Shown here in pieces: positions 50,404 to 63,940 of a DNA stretch of 64,000 nt. The DNA lies in assembly GCA_030141605.1 (NCBI GenBank), contig JAQGDQ010000800.1, forward strand, positions 1 to 64,000, written 5' to 3'. Source of the DNA: Tubiluchus corallicola. Its lineage: Eukaryota; Animalia; Priapulida. The stretch's first letter is position 1. Every line of letters begins with the position of its first letter. The position numbers and the translations under genes were made by a program. The notes under the pieces were generated by a model. The model searched no databases. It was given only the letters and a program-made list of their open reading frames with translations, and was not told where the DNA came from.

Positions 50404-53400
50404 CACGCATGTAAATTCCTGTATTGCGTATAATTATGGAGTTGTACACAGCAATGAGAGAGTTAAAGCATTCCATTCTTGATGTTGTCAAAATGCTGAA
50501 CAACCATGCATCATGACAAATTTAAGTCAAAATGGATTCTAAAAAAACTTGTGATTATTTTTACTTGGAGCTCCAAATCATCATTCTTTCATCGCCTCTC
50601 CCACAACCACGTACGATTTAATAGTATATAAATTATACAAAACACAACACATGTACATATACCAGCACCATTACCTTCACGTCATTACTTTGATTATGTT
50701 AATTAATCCGTTCTTACAAAACACTCTTCTAAAATGAAGTTTAAAAAATTTGTATTAAAATTTAATATGACCTACAGCTTGTCTTATTGCATACAGTGTT
50801 TGAAGAACTTGTAAATTTAAACTCCCGCAAAAATTCGCCACTGCGATAAGAAAATTACTGCGGATTCCGCATCTGCATGTTTGCAAATCTGTTACGGTTA
50901 TCTCTGCAGTAGACTGAGAAGAGACTGAAACTCGTGGACCGATTTTAGCCAGGCCCAATCTGATACAGTATATTGCACCCATTCTAGGCGACGTAAACTT
51001 TTTGTTTTAAGCTGGAAAACACGATGCCAACCTATAAATACAACGTATAAGGCAAAATATTGGGTAATTCCCATTTCACATTACCTTGTCCGAATTGCGT
51101 CAAGGTTTCTAATATTATTAGGTTAGCGTTTTTACGTCAATTCCATTAGTTTAGAATTTTCACTAGCATCTTTTATTTGTTAGTTGGCGTTTTTACGTTG
51201 CTGCAAGGGGAATACAACTTTTAAAACTAGGTATTTTTGACTCCACTTATTTTTGCAGTAATCAACAATGGCACCAGCATTAAGTACATCTTCATATTAA
51301 AGAATTTTAAAATTTGATCTAAATTAATTTTCCGCAGATAACAACAAAACTTGAAAAAAAACCAATAATTACCTGCCGCAAGCCTTTTGCAGTAACATTA
51401 CTTTTCAATGGCAGAAATCATCTAAAATGATTGCGGTTCGCTATTTAGCTTTTCCTGTTGCGCCGTTTCAACGACTCCGGCTATATGAATGCCGAAGCTA
51501 CATGCACTAGGGCTTTGTGTTCACGAGCACCGGGCTAACAGGGCAGCTTCAGTTTCTATCATAATGATGATCCAATAAATTTTTTAATTTTCATTTGTAA
51601 GCATTATTAATTCGCTAATAGCATTGGCAATAATAACAATAATTAGCATGCCGTATTCTAATTTTAATTCTACTTATATAAATTGCAAAACTATATTATA
51701 TTACAATTACTACCATAGTCATAAAAACTAATTCAGCATGGAATTGCAAAAAACTAAAGATATTGATAGATAATTTATAGATAAAAGTACAGATAATTAT
51801 GGTGAAACTGTAAGCTAGTTATTTATCAGGTATAATCTGCCAAAATTACAGGAGAAAAGCAAATGGATATTAGTTGCTGTTAGAAGCATAATGCATCTGC
51901 TAACAATGAGACGAACAACCAAGGACAATACAACATTGCAATGAAAAACTATCCAGAAGTAGTAACCAGTCCCGTTACTAGTCAAACCCTGCATTAATTG
52001 TTTAGTGTGCAACCGGCTTGCACGTGACTTCAACTTTAACTATCACTTGAGATCCGTGTAAAATCGTGACTGTTGTAATAGGTTTGCGCCAAACTTACAA
52101 TTAAAATTATTATAGCTAAAAGTACGTGAAAAGTAAAGTTTGTTTTAAAATCGATTTATATTGTAAAGAACTGATAGTGCTAACACGCTTGGTTAACGTC
52201 GTTATCTACAATATTGTTACATAAACGTGCAGCAACAGCGAAATTCAATTATAATTATATACTGTAAAGTTACTCTTCTTGCGCCCTCCATGCCAATGCA
52301 ACGCGTACTGAGATGATATTAGGCCACACAGCATTACATCCGAGCGTATTTGTAGACGCCAGCATGCAATGGCTTCGTAACGGACGGAACCATTAAAAGC
52401 GGGAATGTTGGGGTGAAAATAAATGGTATTTAACCTGTCCTCGTTACACTGTTATTAAATACATAACACAACATAATTGTACTGGCACCAAAAATCCTGC
52501 ACATTTCATGATTTTAACACACAAATTTAATTTTTATTGCTTATTAATTTCCAAAGCATTCAAGATTACATCACTTATTAAATTTGTCATGATATGTTAT
52601 TATCCATGCCCCTCTCTTTGTGCTGTGGTTTCTGACGCGACTGCTGTATAAGATTTCCTCAGGATAAATCTATTTTCCAGGCATTTTTTTTCTATACGAT
52701 GAGTATCGTATACGTAAGACGAAAATGACTGCACACCATCCATTTCATAGTTCAAATTGCTCGACATAATTATGATACAGTAACATCACACGTTAAACTT
52801 ATTTTGTTTTAAATGTCTTCCTCATGTCTACATCACCGTGCCTCACCGCATCACTTAAATCATTGGGCTTTTTAAGGAGCTCATCGGGCAGTTTTTAAGG
52901 CGACTTCCACATTGCATAAATTAAATTTGATGATCTAGTCTTGCTAACGTTTTGCCATGATTTTTGCTCTAAAATCGGCTCTCAGATCTGCAAATAGAAA
53001 AGGTTGGTTAATAATTTGCAAGACAAATGCATAAATACATAAGAAAACTTTGAAACAAATATTAATCCATTGAATTTTCGAACGAATTTGAAAAACATGA
53101 AATGTGCAAAAGTTTGAATTTGTTGGGGATGTTGAATTTGTTTGGGCAACTATAAGGTCCGTATGGAGCAAGACATAGTCCATAATCCGTAAGCCATAAC
53201 ACGTCTTCCATCTTCCGTAAGGCGCGGGTCCTAATCCGCGCATGCGCCTTGCTCTCTGTGTAACTAGCAAGACGTTCAGCCATAATCCATTCTCTAGCGA
53301 GAGGAACCAAACTACTACATTTTAAAAAAATAGATATTATAGTATAATAGCTAATATAATTTTACTCATTACATACATACATAGACATACATAGAACATT

Positions 53401-53866
53401 TATTTTCTCCAATTAGTCTAACATCGAAAGTTTTTAAATATTAAGTGATTATAATCATGGAGCAGGGCAGGGAAGGACCATAGAGTCATCTAGTCGCCTG
53501 CCCTTTCTTATAAATAGATTCGTATATTAAAAATTAATGGTGGTGGTGCAGATAATAAAAACAAAATCAAATAAGAAAAAATAATAATAAAAACAGTATA
53601 AATTATACAAATTATCCAAAAAGAACTGAAAGCAAAAAAATAACCAAAGTTGGATACCAAAACCTTAAAAAACAATACAATTATTCAGTAATTAGGATTA
53701 TTATATGTGGTAGTTTCAAATGGGGACTTATTAACAGAAGAATTTGACCAAGGTTAGCGCGAGTAAAGTTAAAAACTGAGAGTATAGAAAGAAAAAAATA
53801 AGTATCAAAAAAGTGTAATATTACTGAATAACAGACTGTCAGTCGCATACATTGTATAATCTGACT

Positions 53867-54082
<216 letters not shown>

Positions 54083-54398
54083 ACTATGCTGTCTCCTCCA
54101 TGTTTGTTTTGTATAGAAAAAAGCTCAATTACGCTAATTTTCCCATTAGCGGTAATAAAAAACGGTAATAAAAAACGGCAAATGAAATTAATGGTCAAAT
54201 TCATTTCGTAATAAGGCGTATTATGGCCCGGTTAAAACAGCTTGTCAGGAGGCTGCTGTGGATTATGGCTGATGGCTTACGGTAGGCAAACTACGATAAG
54301 CCGAACGTGGCAAATGAATTATCCGTGAGACGTGGACAATTGACGTCAAACATATTGGTTTATCGCTCTGTCCCCGCTGTAACGTAAGCACAGTCAGC

Positions 54399-54726
54399 AA
54401 CTAAACTAAACTAAACTAAACTAAACTGAAACTGAAACTGAAACTGAAACTGAAACTGAAACTGAAACTGAAACTGAAACTGAAACTGAAACTGAAACTG
54501 AAACTGAAACTGAAACTGAAACTGAAACTGAAACTGAAACTGAAACTGAAACTGAAACTGAAACTGAAACTAAACTAAACTAAACTAAACAAAAACTACA
54601 CTACACTACACTACACTACACTACACTACACTACACTACACTACACTACACTACACTACACTACACTACACTACACTACACTACACTACACTACACTACA
54701 CTACACTAAACTAAACTAAACTAAAC
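54399..54726. repeat. Compound (CTAAA)n(CTGAAA)n(CTACA)n microsatellite
   Basis: Read directly from the sequence. Confidence 0.97.
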
Positions 54727-55731
54727 AACATGACAGTCACAACTAATATCTAATCAGTAGATAACTGATTGCACTTTTTCATAAACACAGATTTGCAGAG
54801 CAGCAGCCATTTTTACATGAAATTAACACTTCAAGTTGCCAAAAAATGACTTTTCAATTTAAACTTATTGTAGAGACGAAGTTTCAAAGCACTACAAAAT
54901 GTAGAGACACAAGTATAATAAGAAAACTAAGCCAGTTAACATTGCTTTAAGATAAATGAGCAACAAAAATATTAAGTCTTTCTTGCCTTTAAACAAGCCT
55001 GCGATGTATTTTTCTATATTAATTGATCATGTGCTCGTCTGCAAGATTTATTAAGTTTTTGTATTTTTCCGTTTGTCAGGCTACGAAAATGGAATAAATT
55101 TGATTGTTCCATTCCATAGGCGACCCTTATATTGAATGCCCGAGTTACATAAGTCCCATTGGTATCTGTTAACCTTGATTATAACCAGAAAAATAGCGTG
55201 AAATTAATTAATATTACATTGATGTATAATATAAGTTTTGACCACATTGAAATTAAATTTGACTGTGGAGATGACACTGAGGTTTATAAAAACTGGCCAG
55301 AAAAGAAAACATTTTGTTTTGTCCTTATTTAAAGTTGATCAAATAGTTGTTTTTATCTAACTTGCAAACCCATAAACTAAACTAAACTGCGTATTTTCTT
55401 TATTGCAAAATGGTTTAATCAGCAACTCATAGACGTAAGTGTTGTGCATTTCTTCGTATAAACGAAACTAGATTATATATTTCCACTAATTCACTATATA
55501 TATATAAATTTACAATAATATAATCTTGAACAAGGCCAATATTTCTCCCGCTAACTAATGAAAAGTTGAGCATTTTTCATATCAGTGTCAGACGCAGCTG
55601 TAGCTAAATGTCCCGAATGTACCTGCTGCAGGGGTGTGTGAAATAACTTGGCTCGCTGATTGGGCCGCCAGCGAAAATGATTGACATTATGTTGGACGTC
55701 AATTGGTTAGCATGACTGGGATATGACCGAA

Positions 55732-55802
55732 ATGCAGTGGATTAGTGGCCTTAGGCGTCTGTTTGGCAAGCAGGCGATGCCCGGTTCAAATCTATGCTGC
55801 AC
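55732..55802 (+). mobile_element. Degenerate tRNA-like sequence (possible SINE head)
   Basis: GCAGTGGATTAGTGG (Box A-like), GGTTCAAATC (Box B-like) and closing GCTGCA; the cloverleaf is imperfect. Confidence 0.35.
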
Positions 55803-55973
55803 TTTGGTTTTTCATGCCTTTCAGATTTGGTATCAAAATTTAATGAATTGCAGGTTTGCATTGTCACCAATATATTAAACTTTCGTGTTTATCTTTTTAA
55901 TTTTTTTCTGTGCTGTGAACTTTGTGTTTAATTAGTAATTTTGTTATCTATTACACTTATTAGATCTAAAAAA

Positions 55974-56232
55974 ACTAGTAATTAATGTTTAGTGACTTAA
56001 TAATGACAATAGTTAAGTCACTTTAGTAACTAGTAATTAATGTTTAGTTTAGTGTCTTAATAATGACAATAGTTAAGTCACTTTAGTAACTAGTAATTAA
56101 TGTTTAGTTTAGTGACTTAATAATGACAATAGTTAAGTCACTTTAGTAACTAGTAATTAATGTTTAGTTTAGTGACTTAATAATGACAATAGTTAAGTCA
56201 CTTTAGTAACTAGTAATTAATGTTTAATGACT
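55974..56232. repeat. 60-bp tandem repeat, about 4 units
   Basis: Consecutive 60-nt lines are identical; each unit has the inverted pair AGTGACTTAA/TTAAGTCACT. Confidence 0.95.
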
Positions 56233-56261
56233 TTCAATGGTTTTTCTTCTTTCTTCATCTT

Positions 56262-56500
56262 TACCTTTCGAGACTACTTGTAACCACTTACCTTTCGAGA
56301 CTACTTGTGACCACTTGTGACTGCTTACCTTTTGAGACTACTAGTGACCACTTGTGACCACTTACCTTTCGAGACTACGTGTGACCACTTATGACCACTT
56401 GTGACCACTTACCTTTCGAGACTACTTGTAACCACATACCTTCCTAGACTACTTGTGACCACTTACCTTTCGAGACTACTTGTGACTACTTGCGACCACT
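56262..56500. repeat. Degenerate CCACTTACCTTTCGAGACTACTTGTGA tandem repeat
   Basis: Read directly; lies immediately 3' of the EGF-gene stop codon. Confidence 0.85.
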
Positions 56501-56525
56501 GGCTGTGGCGATGCGGTTAATTGAT

Positions 56526-56707
56526 TCACTCAAGAAAATCAAGGGAGACATCGTCAAATTGCAGGAGAGATCGACCAGGACGCTTGTCTAACCGAAATTG
56601 TGCGTTCGTAGAAAGAACCGAAAGATCGTCTTCCGAGAATGACCTCCGTCTCAGCGGCATTGCATCATCTAAGAAAGACGGTCGATCAGAAAGAAGGTAA
56701 GGCTTCG
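56526..56707 (-). CDS. EGF membrane protein: terminal cytoplasmic exon
   Basis: Acceptor ttccaattacag|CG, phase 1. Encodes KPYLLSDRPSFLDDAMPLRRRSFSEDDL...LDFLE*; GC content higher than the flanks. Confidence 0.65.
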
Positions 56708-56893
56708 CTGTAATTGGAAACAAAAAGTGAATGATTTTATCAGAATTGAACGTTGGTTTTACTTTTCTCCCAAGAAAACAATATTTTCTTCGGTGCCCAA
56801 CAGCTGTGTTAGCACTGTTCTAATAGGTTAACCTTTTTCTTATATTAACCAAGCTATTGTGCAGCGTTTCACTCAGTCATGCCTTCATTTCCT

Positions 56894-57368
56894 CATTCGT
56901 TCGTTCGTTCGTTCGTTCGTTCGTTCGTTCGTTCGTTCGTTCGTTCGTTCGTTCGTTCGTTCGTTCGTTCGTTCGTTCGTTCATTCATTCATTCATTCAT
57001 TCATTCATTCATTCATTCATTCATTCATTCATTCATTCATTCATTCATTCATTCATACATTCATACATTCATACATTCATACATTCATACATCCATCCAT
57101 CCATCCATCCATTCATTCATTCATCCATCCATCCATCCATCCATTCATTCATTCATTCATTCATTCATTCATTCATTCATTCATTCATTCATTCATTCAT
57201 TCATTCATTCATTCGTCCATTCATTCATTCATTCATTCATTCATTCATTCATTCAGTCATTCACTCATTCATTCATTCATTCATTCATTCATTCATTCAT
57301 TCATTCATTCATTCATCCATCCATTCATTCATTCATTCATTCATTCATCCATTCATTCATTCATTCAT
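56894..57368. repeat. (TTCG)n/(TTCA)n tetranucleotide microsatellite
   Basis: Read directly from the sequence. Confidence 0.97.
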
Positions 57369-57620
57369 TACAGTACGTTACCAATACAAATACATTCAAT
57401 AGCTAACGTACTTCAATACAGTAACACATAATTAATGTCAAAAACTATAGTCGAGGAGACAGCCACTAACACATAAGCCGTTACCGTCCCTGCCTCCGTT
57501 ACAAAATACAGCCAAAATGAAGCGAAACTATTGAAATGGATAAAAATAACATGCCGTTCTTATTTTCTACATCTACACTGAAGGAAAAGTATCAAAACAG
57601 TTTTTTAATTTGCTATAGGA

Positions 57621-57656
<36 letters not shown>

Positions 57657-58960
57657 ATACACTTAGCAATCCCTAATCGTACAGACATACAAGTACGCGT
57701 CCAAATCATTTTTCACAAGTTTTCAATTGTTAGATTATAATGTGCAAACTATATATCATATTCACCAGCATAAAATTCGCCAGCATAATAGACCAATTCT
57801 ATTGTGTTCCCTAATCAGTGAGAAAAAATAGTTTTAAAAGTTTGCTGGAACACGGATTATAGGAAGATATTCAGACGTAATGTAAGTGTTAAAAATTTAT
57901 TGAATTAACGTGGCACTATGACTGCAAAGTTTCGACCTGAGATCGTAGAAAATTAAATTTTTTTAATGAAAATTCAAAATTCAAAAGACTCACGTTTTCG
58001 CATATACTCCGATTTTTGTAAAATATTTCAACCGCTGCAGTTAACTTTGGCGCAGACATGTTTCATTTAGTCCGCCAATAGAAAAGCCAGCATGTGACTG
58101 ATCACGTGGCATGACATCACTCGAACACAGTCGCAGTGAGTAGTGAGCACTAAAAAGGTTTGTGGTGGTTCTGTGACGCCATCTAATATGGCGCCAACGT
58201 GACAGTCTCGAGGGAGTATTTAAAATGAAAACAAACAGGAAATTCTTTTAATGAAAAATCAAAATTCTAAGCTGCTGACAGAGTCTACATTTGGTGTAGG
58301 TGCTGCAGTAAATACTTGAGTTATTGAAGTTACTGTATTGTTAAGGAAACAATTTGATAATGTGCAGTTGTGCTGTAATTAAGGTTTTTTTAGACTTAGC
58401 AGAAAGTGGTAGTATCTTAGGGATGTGCTCTTTTGGTTGTTTGCCTGTAAAAATAATTTACCTATTTCTTAAACTGTTTACTGTACTATCTATTTACAAA
58501 CCATTTACTGGGTTTCAACTAGAGTTAATGAGGTGTAACAGGAGTCCTGGCTATTGTATGTTGGGCAGTAGTAGTTTAGGTTTCATAGTCTGCTGGTAAA
58601 GGTCAGATTTCAAATTTCATAATGTAGTTTGTTAAGGTATGTTTGCTTCAAATTATATTTTATGGTTTTTTTGTTTTACCTAAACTGAGGTTAGTGCTTT
58701 AAATTTAATTTTTGTTGTAGTGTGTTAAACCTAAGTGAATTATTAAGTTCCAAGTGTTGCTTTTTACTTTTGTTATTTCAGGATGCAATTTATGTTGAAA
58801 CCCACCCCCCTCTACAACGCCCTCACTTCTTTTTTTGAGCACAGTAATAAAGGAAGTCAACCTGTACCAAAGTGTTCATCATTTTTTGTTTAGGTTATGG
58901 GTTACAGACAGACAGACAGACAGACAGACAAACTGGACAAAACAGTTACAGGAATATTAC

Positions 58961-59065
58961 CTGTTGCTGATCTTGCCAACCTCTCTTTAGGTGATGATGG
59001 TACAGCTGTTTCGTCTACTGATGACCCACCTTCTTTTGCACAGCTTGATGTTCTGCCAATATCGT
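58961..59065 (-). CDS. EGF membrane protein: cytoplasmic exon
   Basis: Bounded by tgcag|AC and G|GTAAT; 105 nt, phase 1-1, open frame YDIGRTSSCAKEGGSSVDETAVPSSPKERLARSAT. Confidence 0.65.
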
Positions 59066-59612
59066 CTGCATTTAATTTATTTTTTTAATTAATTTATTAG
59101 CACTTCTAACCAAATTACAGTGAGCTGGAACAACCAGAGTCTAATTACAAATATTGCAATTTACAATAAAGTAAAGCACGATGCGACTCTTGTGTTTTGT
59201 TTCTTTCGGAAGGTTCGTAGAGAAAATCAGAAAACACTTCGTCAAATTAAACTAGTTTATTAAGCGAGAATTCTACAACACAAAAGTCTGAAGGAACACG
59301 AACTGTTTACAGTAAACGTGAAATTCTGGAAAACGTTTAAGTGTTTTCTGAAAATGCAATTATACAAGAGAATGTGTAAGTGGCGTCCGTGTGAATCAGC
59401 GTGAGAGAGTCTTAGCGGCCTGCTTTGCCTTACATAGGGAGCCAGGGAACATTCCAGACGTTTCTTTCTAGAACATCTACAAGGTAAGACGATTATTCTA
59501 ACGGAACATTCTACAATGTTCTATCTAACTTTAATAGATGCCTGCGATCTCCACAACAGTATTAGAGAAATGGAGGAGAGTATTCAAACGTGAAACAGGT
59601 AAGTCAGTTACT

Positions 59613-59633
59613 TCAATCAACCGATCGATCCGT

Positions 59634-59665
<32 letters not shown>

Positions 59666-60280
59666 CAGTCAGTCAGTCAGTCAGTCAGTCAGTCAGTCAG
59701 TCAGTCAGTCAGTCAGTCAGTCAGTCAGTCAGTCAGTCAGTCGGTCAGTCAGTCAGTCAGTCAGTCGTAGTCAGAGTCAGTCAGTCAGTCAGTCAGTCAG
59801 TCAGTCAGTCAGTCAGTCAGTCAGTCAGTCAGTCAGTCAGTCATCGTCAGTCAGTCATCGTCTCAGTCGTCAGTCGTCAGTCAGTCAGTCAGTCAGTCAG
59901 TCGGTCAGTCTGTCAGTCAGTCAGTCAGTCGGTCAGTCGGTCAGTCGGTCAGTCAGTCAGTCAGTCAGTCAGTCAGTCAGTCAGTCAGTCGGTCAGTCGG
60001 TCGGTCGGTCGGTCGGTCAGTCAGTCAGTCAGTCAGTCAGTCAGTCAGTCAGTCAGTCAGTCAGTCAGTCGGTCAGTCAGTCAGTCAGTCAGTCAGTCAG
60101 TCAGTCAGTCAGTCAGTCAGTCAGTCAGTCAGTCAGTCAGTCAGTCAGTCAGTCAGTCAGTCAGTCAGTCAGTCAGTCAGTCAGTCAGTCAGTCAGTCAG
60201 TCAGTCAGTCAGTCAGTCAGTCAGTCAGTCAGTCAGTCAGTCAGTCAGTCAGTCAGTCAGTCAGTCAGTCAGTCAGTCAG

Positions 60281-60352
<72 letters not shown>

Positions 60353-60427
60353 GCAAGCAAGCAACAACAACAACAACAACAACACAACAGCAAGCAATCA
60401 ATCAATCAATCAATCAATCAAATCAAT
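59613..60427. repeat. (TCAG)n/(TCAA)n tetranucleotide microsatellite
   Basis: Read directly from the sequence. Confidence 0.97.
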
Positions 60428-60429
60428 TT

Positions 60430-61240
60430 ATTTCACTCCAGCAATACATATACAATACATCAACATACAGCAATATTGAAACAAAAAGAAACAGTATAGG
60501 TAAAAAAACGTTGATGAAGTCAAATTAACCAAATAAAAGAGTTGCTGTATGACACCTTGAAACAGCTTGGCTTGTTAAGGTGGCACAAATGAGTGAATGA
60601 AAGAATGGTTAGGGTTAGTAGACATGATGGAATGAAAAAATAGTAAGATTAGGGATAGGAAGAAGGAAAAGAGGAGAAGAAACGACCACAGTGTATGTTT
60701 AATTTACATAGAGGTATATTAAAATAGCATTATAATTGAATTGGAGGCCACATATTGTGACTGCACGAGACATGGAACCATTAAAATTGTACAATAAGTA
60801 TGAATCAAAAATGGTCCTTTCCAAGTACTTTTGAAACTATAAATAGTTTTCTTTATTTTACTTGGGCACTTATTTTATTGCAGTTATTGGGGGCTCTGAA
60901 TTTAATAAAGTGCCTGGCACTATCAGTACGACAGTAAAGGACATGATATTCATTGAACCTTGTAAAGTAATGTTTAGGATTTGCTGTAATGGGATTTGCA
61001 AAGGAAGTGGGAAACAAGTTGTCTCATGTCTTGTACATGTAAATAGACAAGTGATATATAACCAAGTCTTCGAGAATTATTATACCGCATTCATTAAACA
61101 AGGACATACCAACAGTGGAACGTTTAGATAAATTGTTTAATATTCTTATAAACTTTCTTTGATGCCTAGATAAGCTTATTAAGTTGGATGGATAAGATGT
61201 AACCCATATAATACAGCAATAAGTTAGGTATGGTAATGTG
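60430..61240 (-). mobile_element. Degenerate LINE 3' fragment abutting the (TCAG)n/(TCAA)n array
   Basis: Minus strand encodes SLFNECGIIILEDLVIYHLSIYMYK...YCRTDSARHFIKFRAP with stops; AATAAA precedes the tetranucleotide tail. Confidence 0.5.
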
Positions 61241-61254
61241 AGTTAGTTACTTAC

Positions 61255-61377
61255 ATCTCAGACACGTCTTCTCCTTCTTGGCTGCCACAAGACATGCAAT
61301 AAGCAAGATCAGAAGTAGAGATAAGACAACAACAACTGTTATGATAAACGCTTTAGCTGTCGTGGTTTCTTCCAGAG
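61255..61377 (-). CDS. EGF membrane protein: transmembrane exon
   Basis: Bounded by gttttag|CT and T|GTAAGT; 123 nt. Encodes AFIITVVVVLSLLLILLIACLVAA followed by basic KKEK. Confidence 0.85.
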
Positions 61378-62025
61378 CTAAAACATTAATTTGCTCAGTT
61401 TATTAATCTATACAAGCAGGGCTGTACAGGTTAGTGAAAAACAAGAAAACCCTTTGCTTACATAAAGCTAAAAATTGTCTTCATGCTTTATACCACTTAC
61501 ATGCTGTCTTATTGCATGTAGGGCTTTCGTTCGTTTTATTAATCTATACAAGCAGGGCTAAAGGATTATTCAAATACATTTTTCAATAATTCACTTAACT
61601 TAAAATAGAATTTCAACTTTAAAGAAGGCGGTCCAGGAGCTTTAAAACCCAATTTTAAAAAAAGTGGTGTTTATTTGAGTTAAAAGCCCCCTGTTTCCGT
61701 CCCTTCATCTGAGATAGGGGACTTCTGTCTGAAGCTCTTTAGTTGAGACAAGTGGTCCCCGTCTGAGAGGGAGTCCTATAATTGTCATAATCACATCCCG
61801 TCATGTAATTAAAGCTCCGTAAACACATGAAAACACGTTCCGTAAACAAAGCTTGAAAAATTCGTCTGGAAACTTTATGCCACTGAATTATTAATTACTA
61901 ACTCTTATAGGCAATAAAATGTATATTTTGGATAGTAAATTAAAATGAGATTGAGCCTAATCAGTCGTCCGGTTTTCCTTTAACATACAAGAAAATTAAC
62001 GTCTAACAGAATCATTATTACCTAC

Positions 62026-62079
62026 CTGGGTTCTGCGTAGTTTCCACTGCAGTAATTGTTGATAAGTCGGTGGATTCAT
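62026..62079 (-). CDS. EGF membrane protein: Ser/Thr-rich stalk exon
   Basis: Bounded by ttttctag|AT and G|GTAGGT; 54 nt, phase 1-1, encoding DESTDLSTITAVETTQNP. Confidence 0.7.
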
Positions 62080-62821
62080 CTAGAAAATTTATTGCAATGT
62101 TACTAGCCTTATAGTAAAAGAGGACCTGTTAAGCTATGTTAAAAGTGTTAGATTATGATAGATAATTATGCTGATGAATGCTGGCATGAAGCCAGTTAAG
62201 GAGTGGTGTCACGTGAGCAAGTGATTCAGAACCGAAGCGTAGGCGCCGAAGCGTAGTTTTATAATCTGACTCTTCATAGTTTTGCTATCCCTAAAACACC
62301 AATAATCAGCTTCACACAACCAATACAACGAATTATTTTACTCTTATGCAGATGTTGCAAATGTTATTGAATGGGCAATAAGACTTTCCACAGTTCCAAC
62401 GATTGATGATGACCGTGAAAGGTCAAAGGTCAAGTGAACCAGACGATGCATTTGTCTACACGTTACAGTGCATCGCGGTCCATGTTACTGTAATAGTAAC
62501 AGTTTTAACAGCTAGCTAGAAACCTTTCTTAGTTCACTTTTTGTTTTTCCCAAACAAGATCCTGCTAGTAAATCACCCTATGCACAGACTAATGCATAAT
62601 TAAGTAAAGCCCACGTAAAACAACTGAAGTTATTTAACTTATGCGGGAGACGGCTTTGCTTTACCCACACGTGAAACTGTGAAAAGGCTCATTAAATACG
62701 TTTATTGATTTTATTCTTATCAGCAACTGGTTACAGATTGCTGAGTCTCGCGTATAACTCTGTCAGGGAATAAAATCGGCTAAATAAAATATTTCTGTAA
62801 AAACCTAGAACAATTTCTTAC

Positions 62822-62935
62822 CAGTTTCACACATCGTGCCAGTATAACCAGGTTTACAAGTGCAAAGGAAGTCACTGACTCCATCATAGCAGGTGCCATC
62901 GTTTAGACAAGGTTGAGAAATGCAATCGTTTTCAT
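62822..62935 (-). CDS. Type-I membrane EGF protein: calcium-binding EGF exon (gene continues beyond the window end)
   Basis: 114-nt phase 1-1 exon encoding [37 protein letters not shown]; donor G|GTAAG. Confidence 0.9.
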
Positions 62936-63656
62936 CTTAAGAACAACAAAAAATAACAAAAATAATGTATTCAAGCGTAAGAGAAAATACTAAGCAGAAG
63001 TGTGACAATGATTATATATATATATATATATATATAATCTTTATTTGCCATAAAAAATCGATATTCATAACTATAAAAGCATAAAAGAACATCGCAGCGT
63101 GAGAATAAAATTCACACAACTGTTAAAGGCAAATGCGTCCAGTGCAAACTAAAAACTACTGTGCCAAAAATTTAAAACAAAATATACATTATAATGTTAC
63201 ACGAAAATTATAATAGACTATATGTACCATATATATACATGTAATTTAAAATGGACGTGGGTATATAAAATTTGTGGATGAATATATATTATCGTTTACG
63301 TATGTTGGGTTTTCAAAACGATTTAATGTATGTATTTTTAATTTTGATTTGAAATCGTTGAAAGACTTGATTTGTTTAAATTAATTAGTTTAACTTTTTC
63401 AGTTTTAGTTTAGTTTTTATTTGTTCAATTATAAAGACTGAACATTTACAAATTACAACGAAAAGATTTGGAGTAGTTATTATTATTCCACCAAATGTAG
63501 GGAAAACTGGGGCAAATTAAACCAATAAGTTCACGAGGCAATAGCTTTGGTCCTAAATTTTGATAGGCCCTAGGTGTCCTGAGTCTAATGACCATTTAAA
63601 GCGAGATTTAAGTGGTCATTAAATGACCACGCATAATGACCATGCTATTTTTAAAA

Positions 63657-63940
63657 AGATAGTTAGATAATTAGATAGTTAGTTTATTAGATAGTTAGAT
63701 AATTAGATAGTTAGATAATTAGATAGTTAGATAATTAGATAGTTAGATTATTAGAAAGTTAGATTATTAGATTAGATAATTAGATAGTTAGATAATTAGA
63801 TAGTTAGGTAATTAGATAATTAGATAATTAGATAGTTAGATTACTAGAAAGTTAGATTATTAGATAGTTAGATAATTAGATAGTTAGATAATTAGATAGT
63901 TAGATAATTAGATAGTTAGATAATTAGATAGTTAGATAAT
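63657..63940. repeat. TTAGATAA/TTAGATAG 8/16-bp tandem repeat
   Basis: Read directly from the sequence. Confidence 0.95.

Noticed and set aside
56857-57431. HSFI-repeat ORFs
   Set aside because: Microsatellite translation artefacts.
59538-60528. 313-aa and 312-aa SQSV-repeat ORFs, and a possible + strand exon 59538-59598
   Set aside because: The ORFs are translations of (TCAG)n. The short AG/GT-bounded segment has no partner exons and is antisense within the EGF gene.
63657-63940. Telomeric array (also TTAGGA/TTAGGG at 19193-19226)
   Set aside because: The unit is TTAGATAR, not TTAGG or TTAGGG; the other tract is too short and degenerate.
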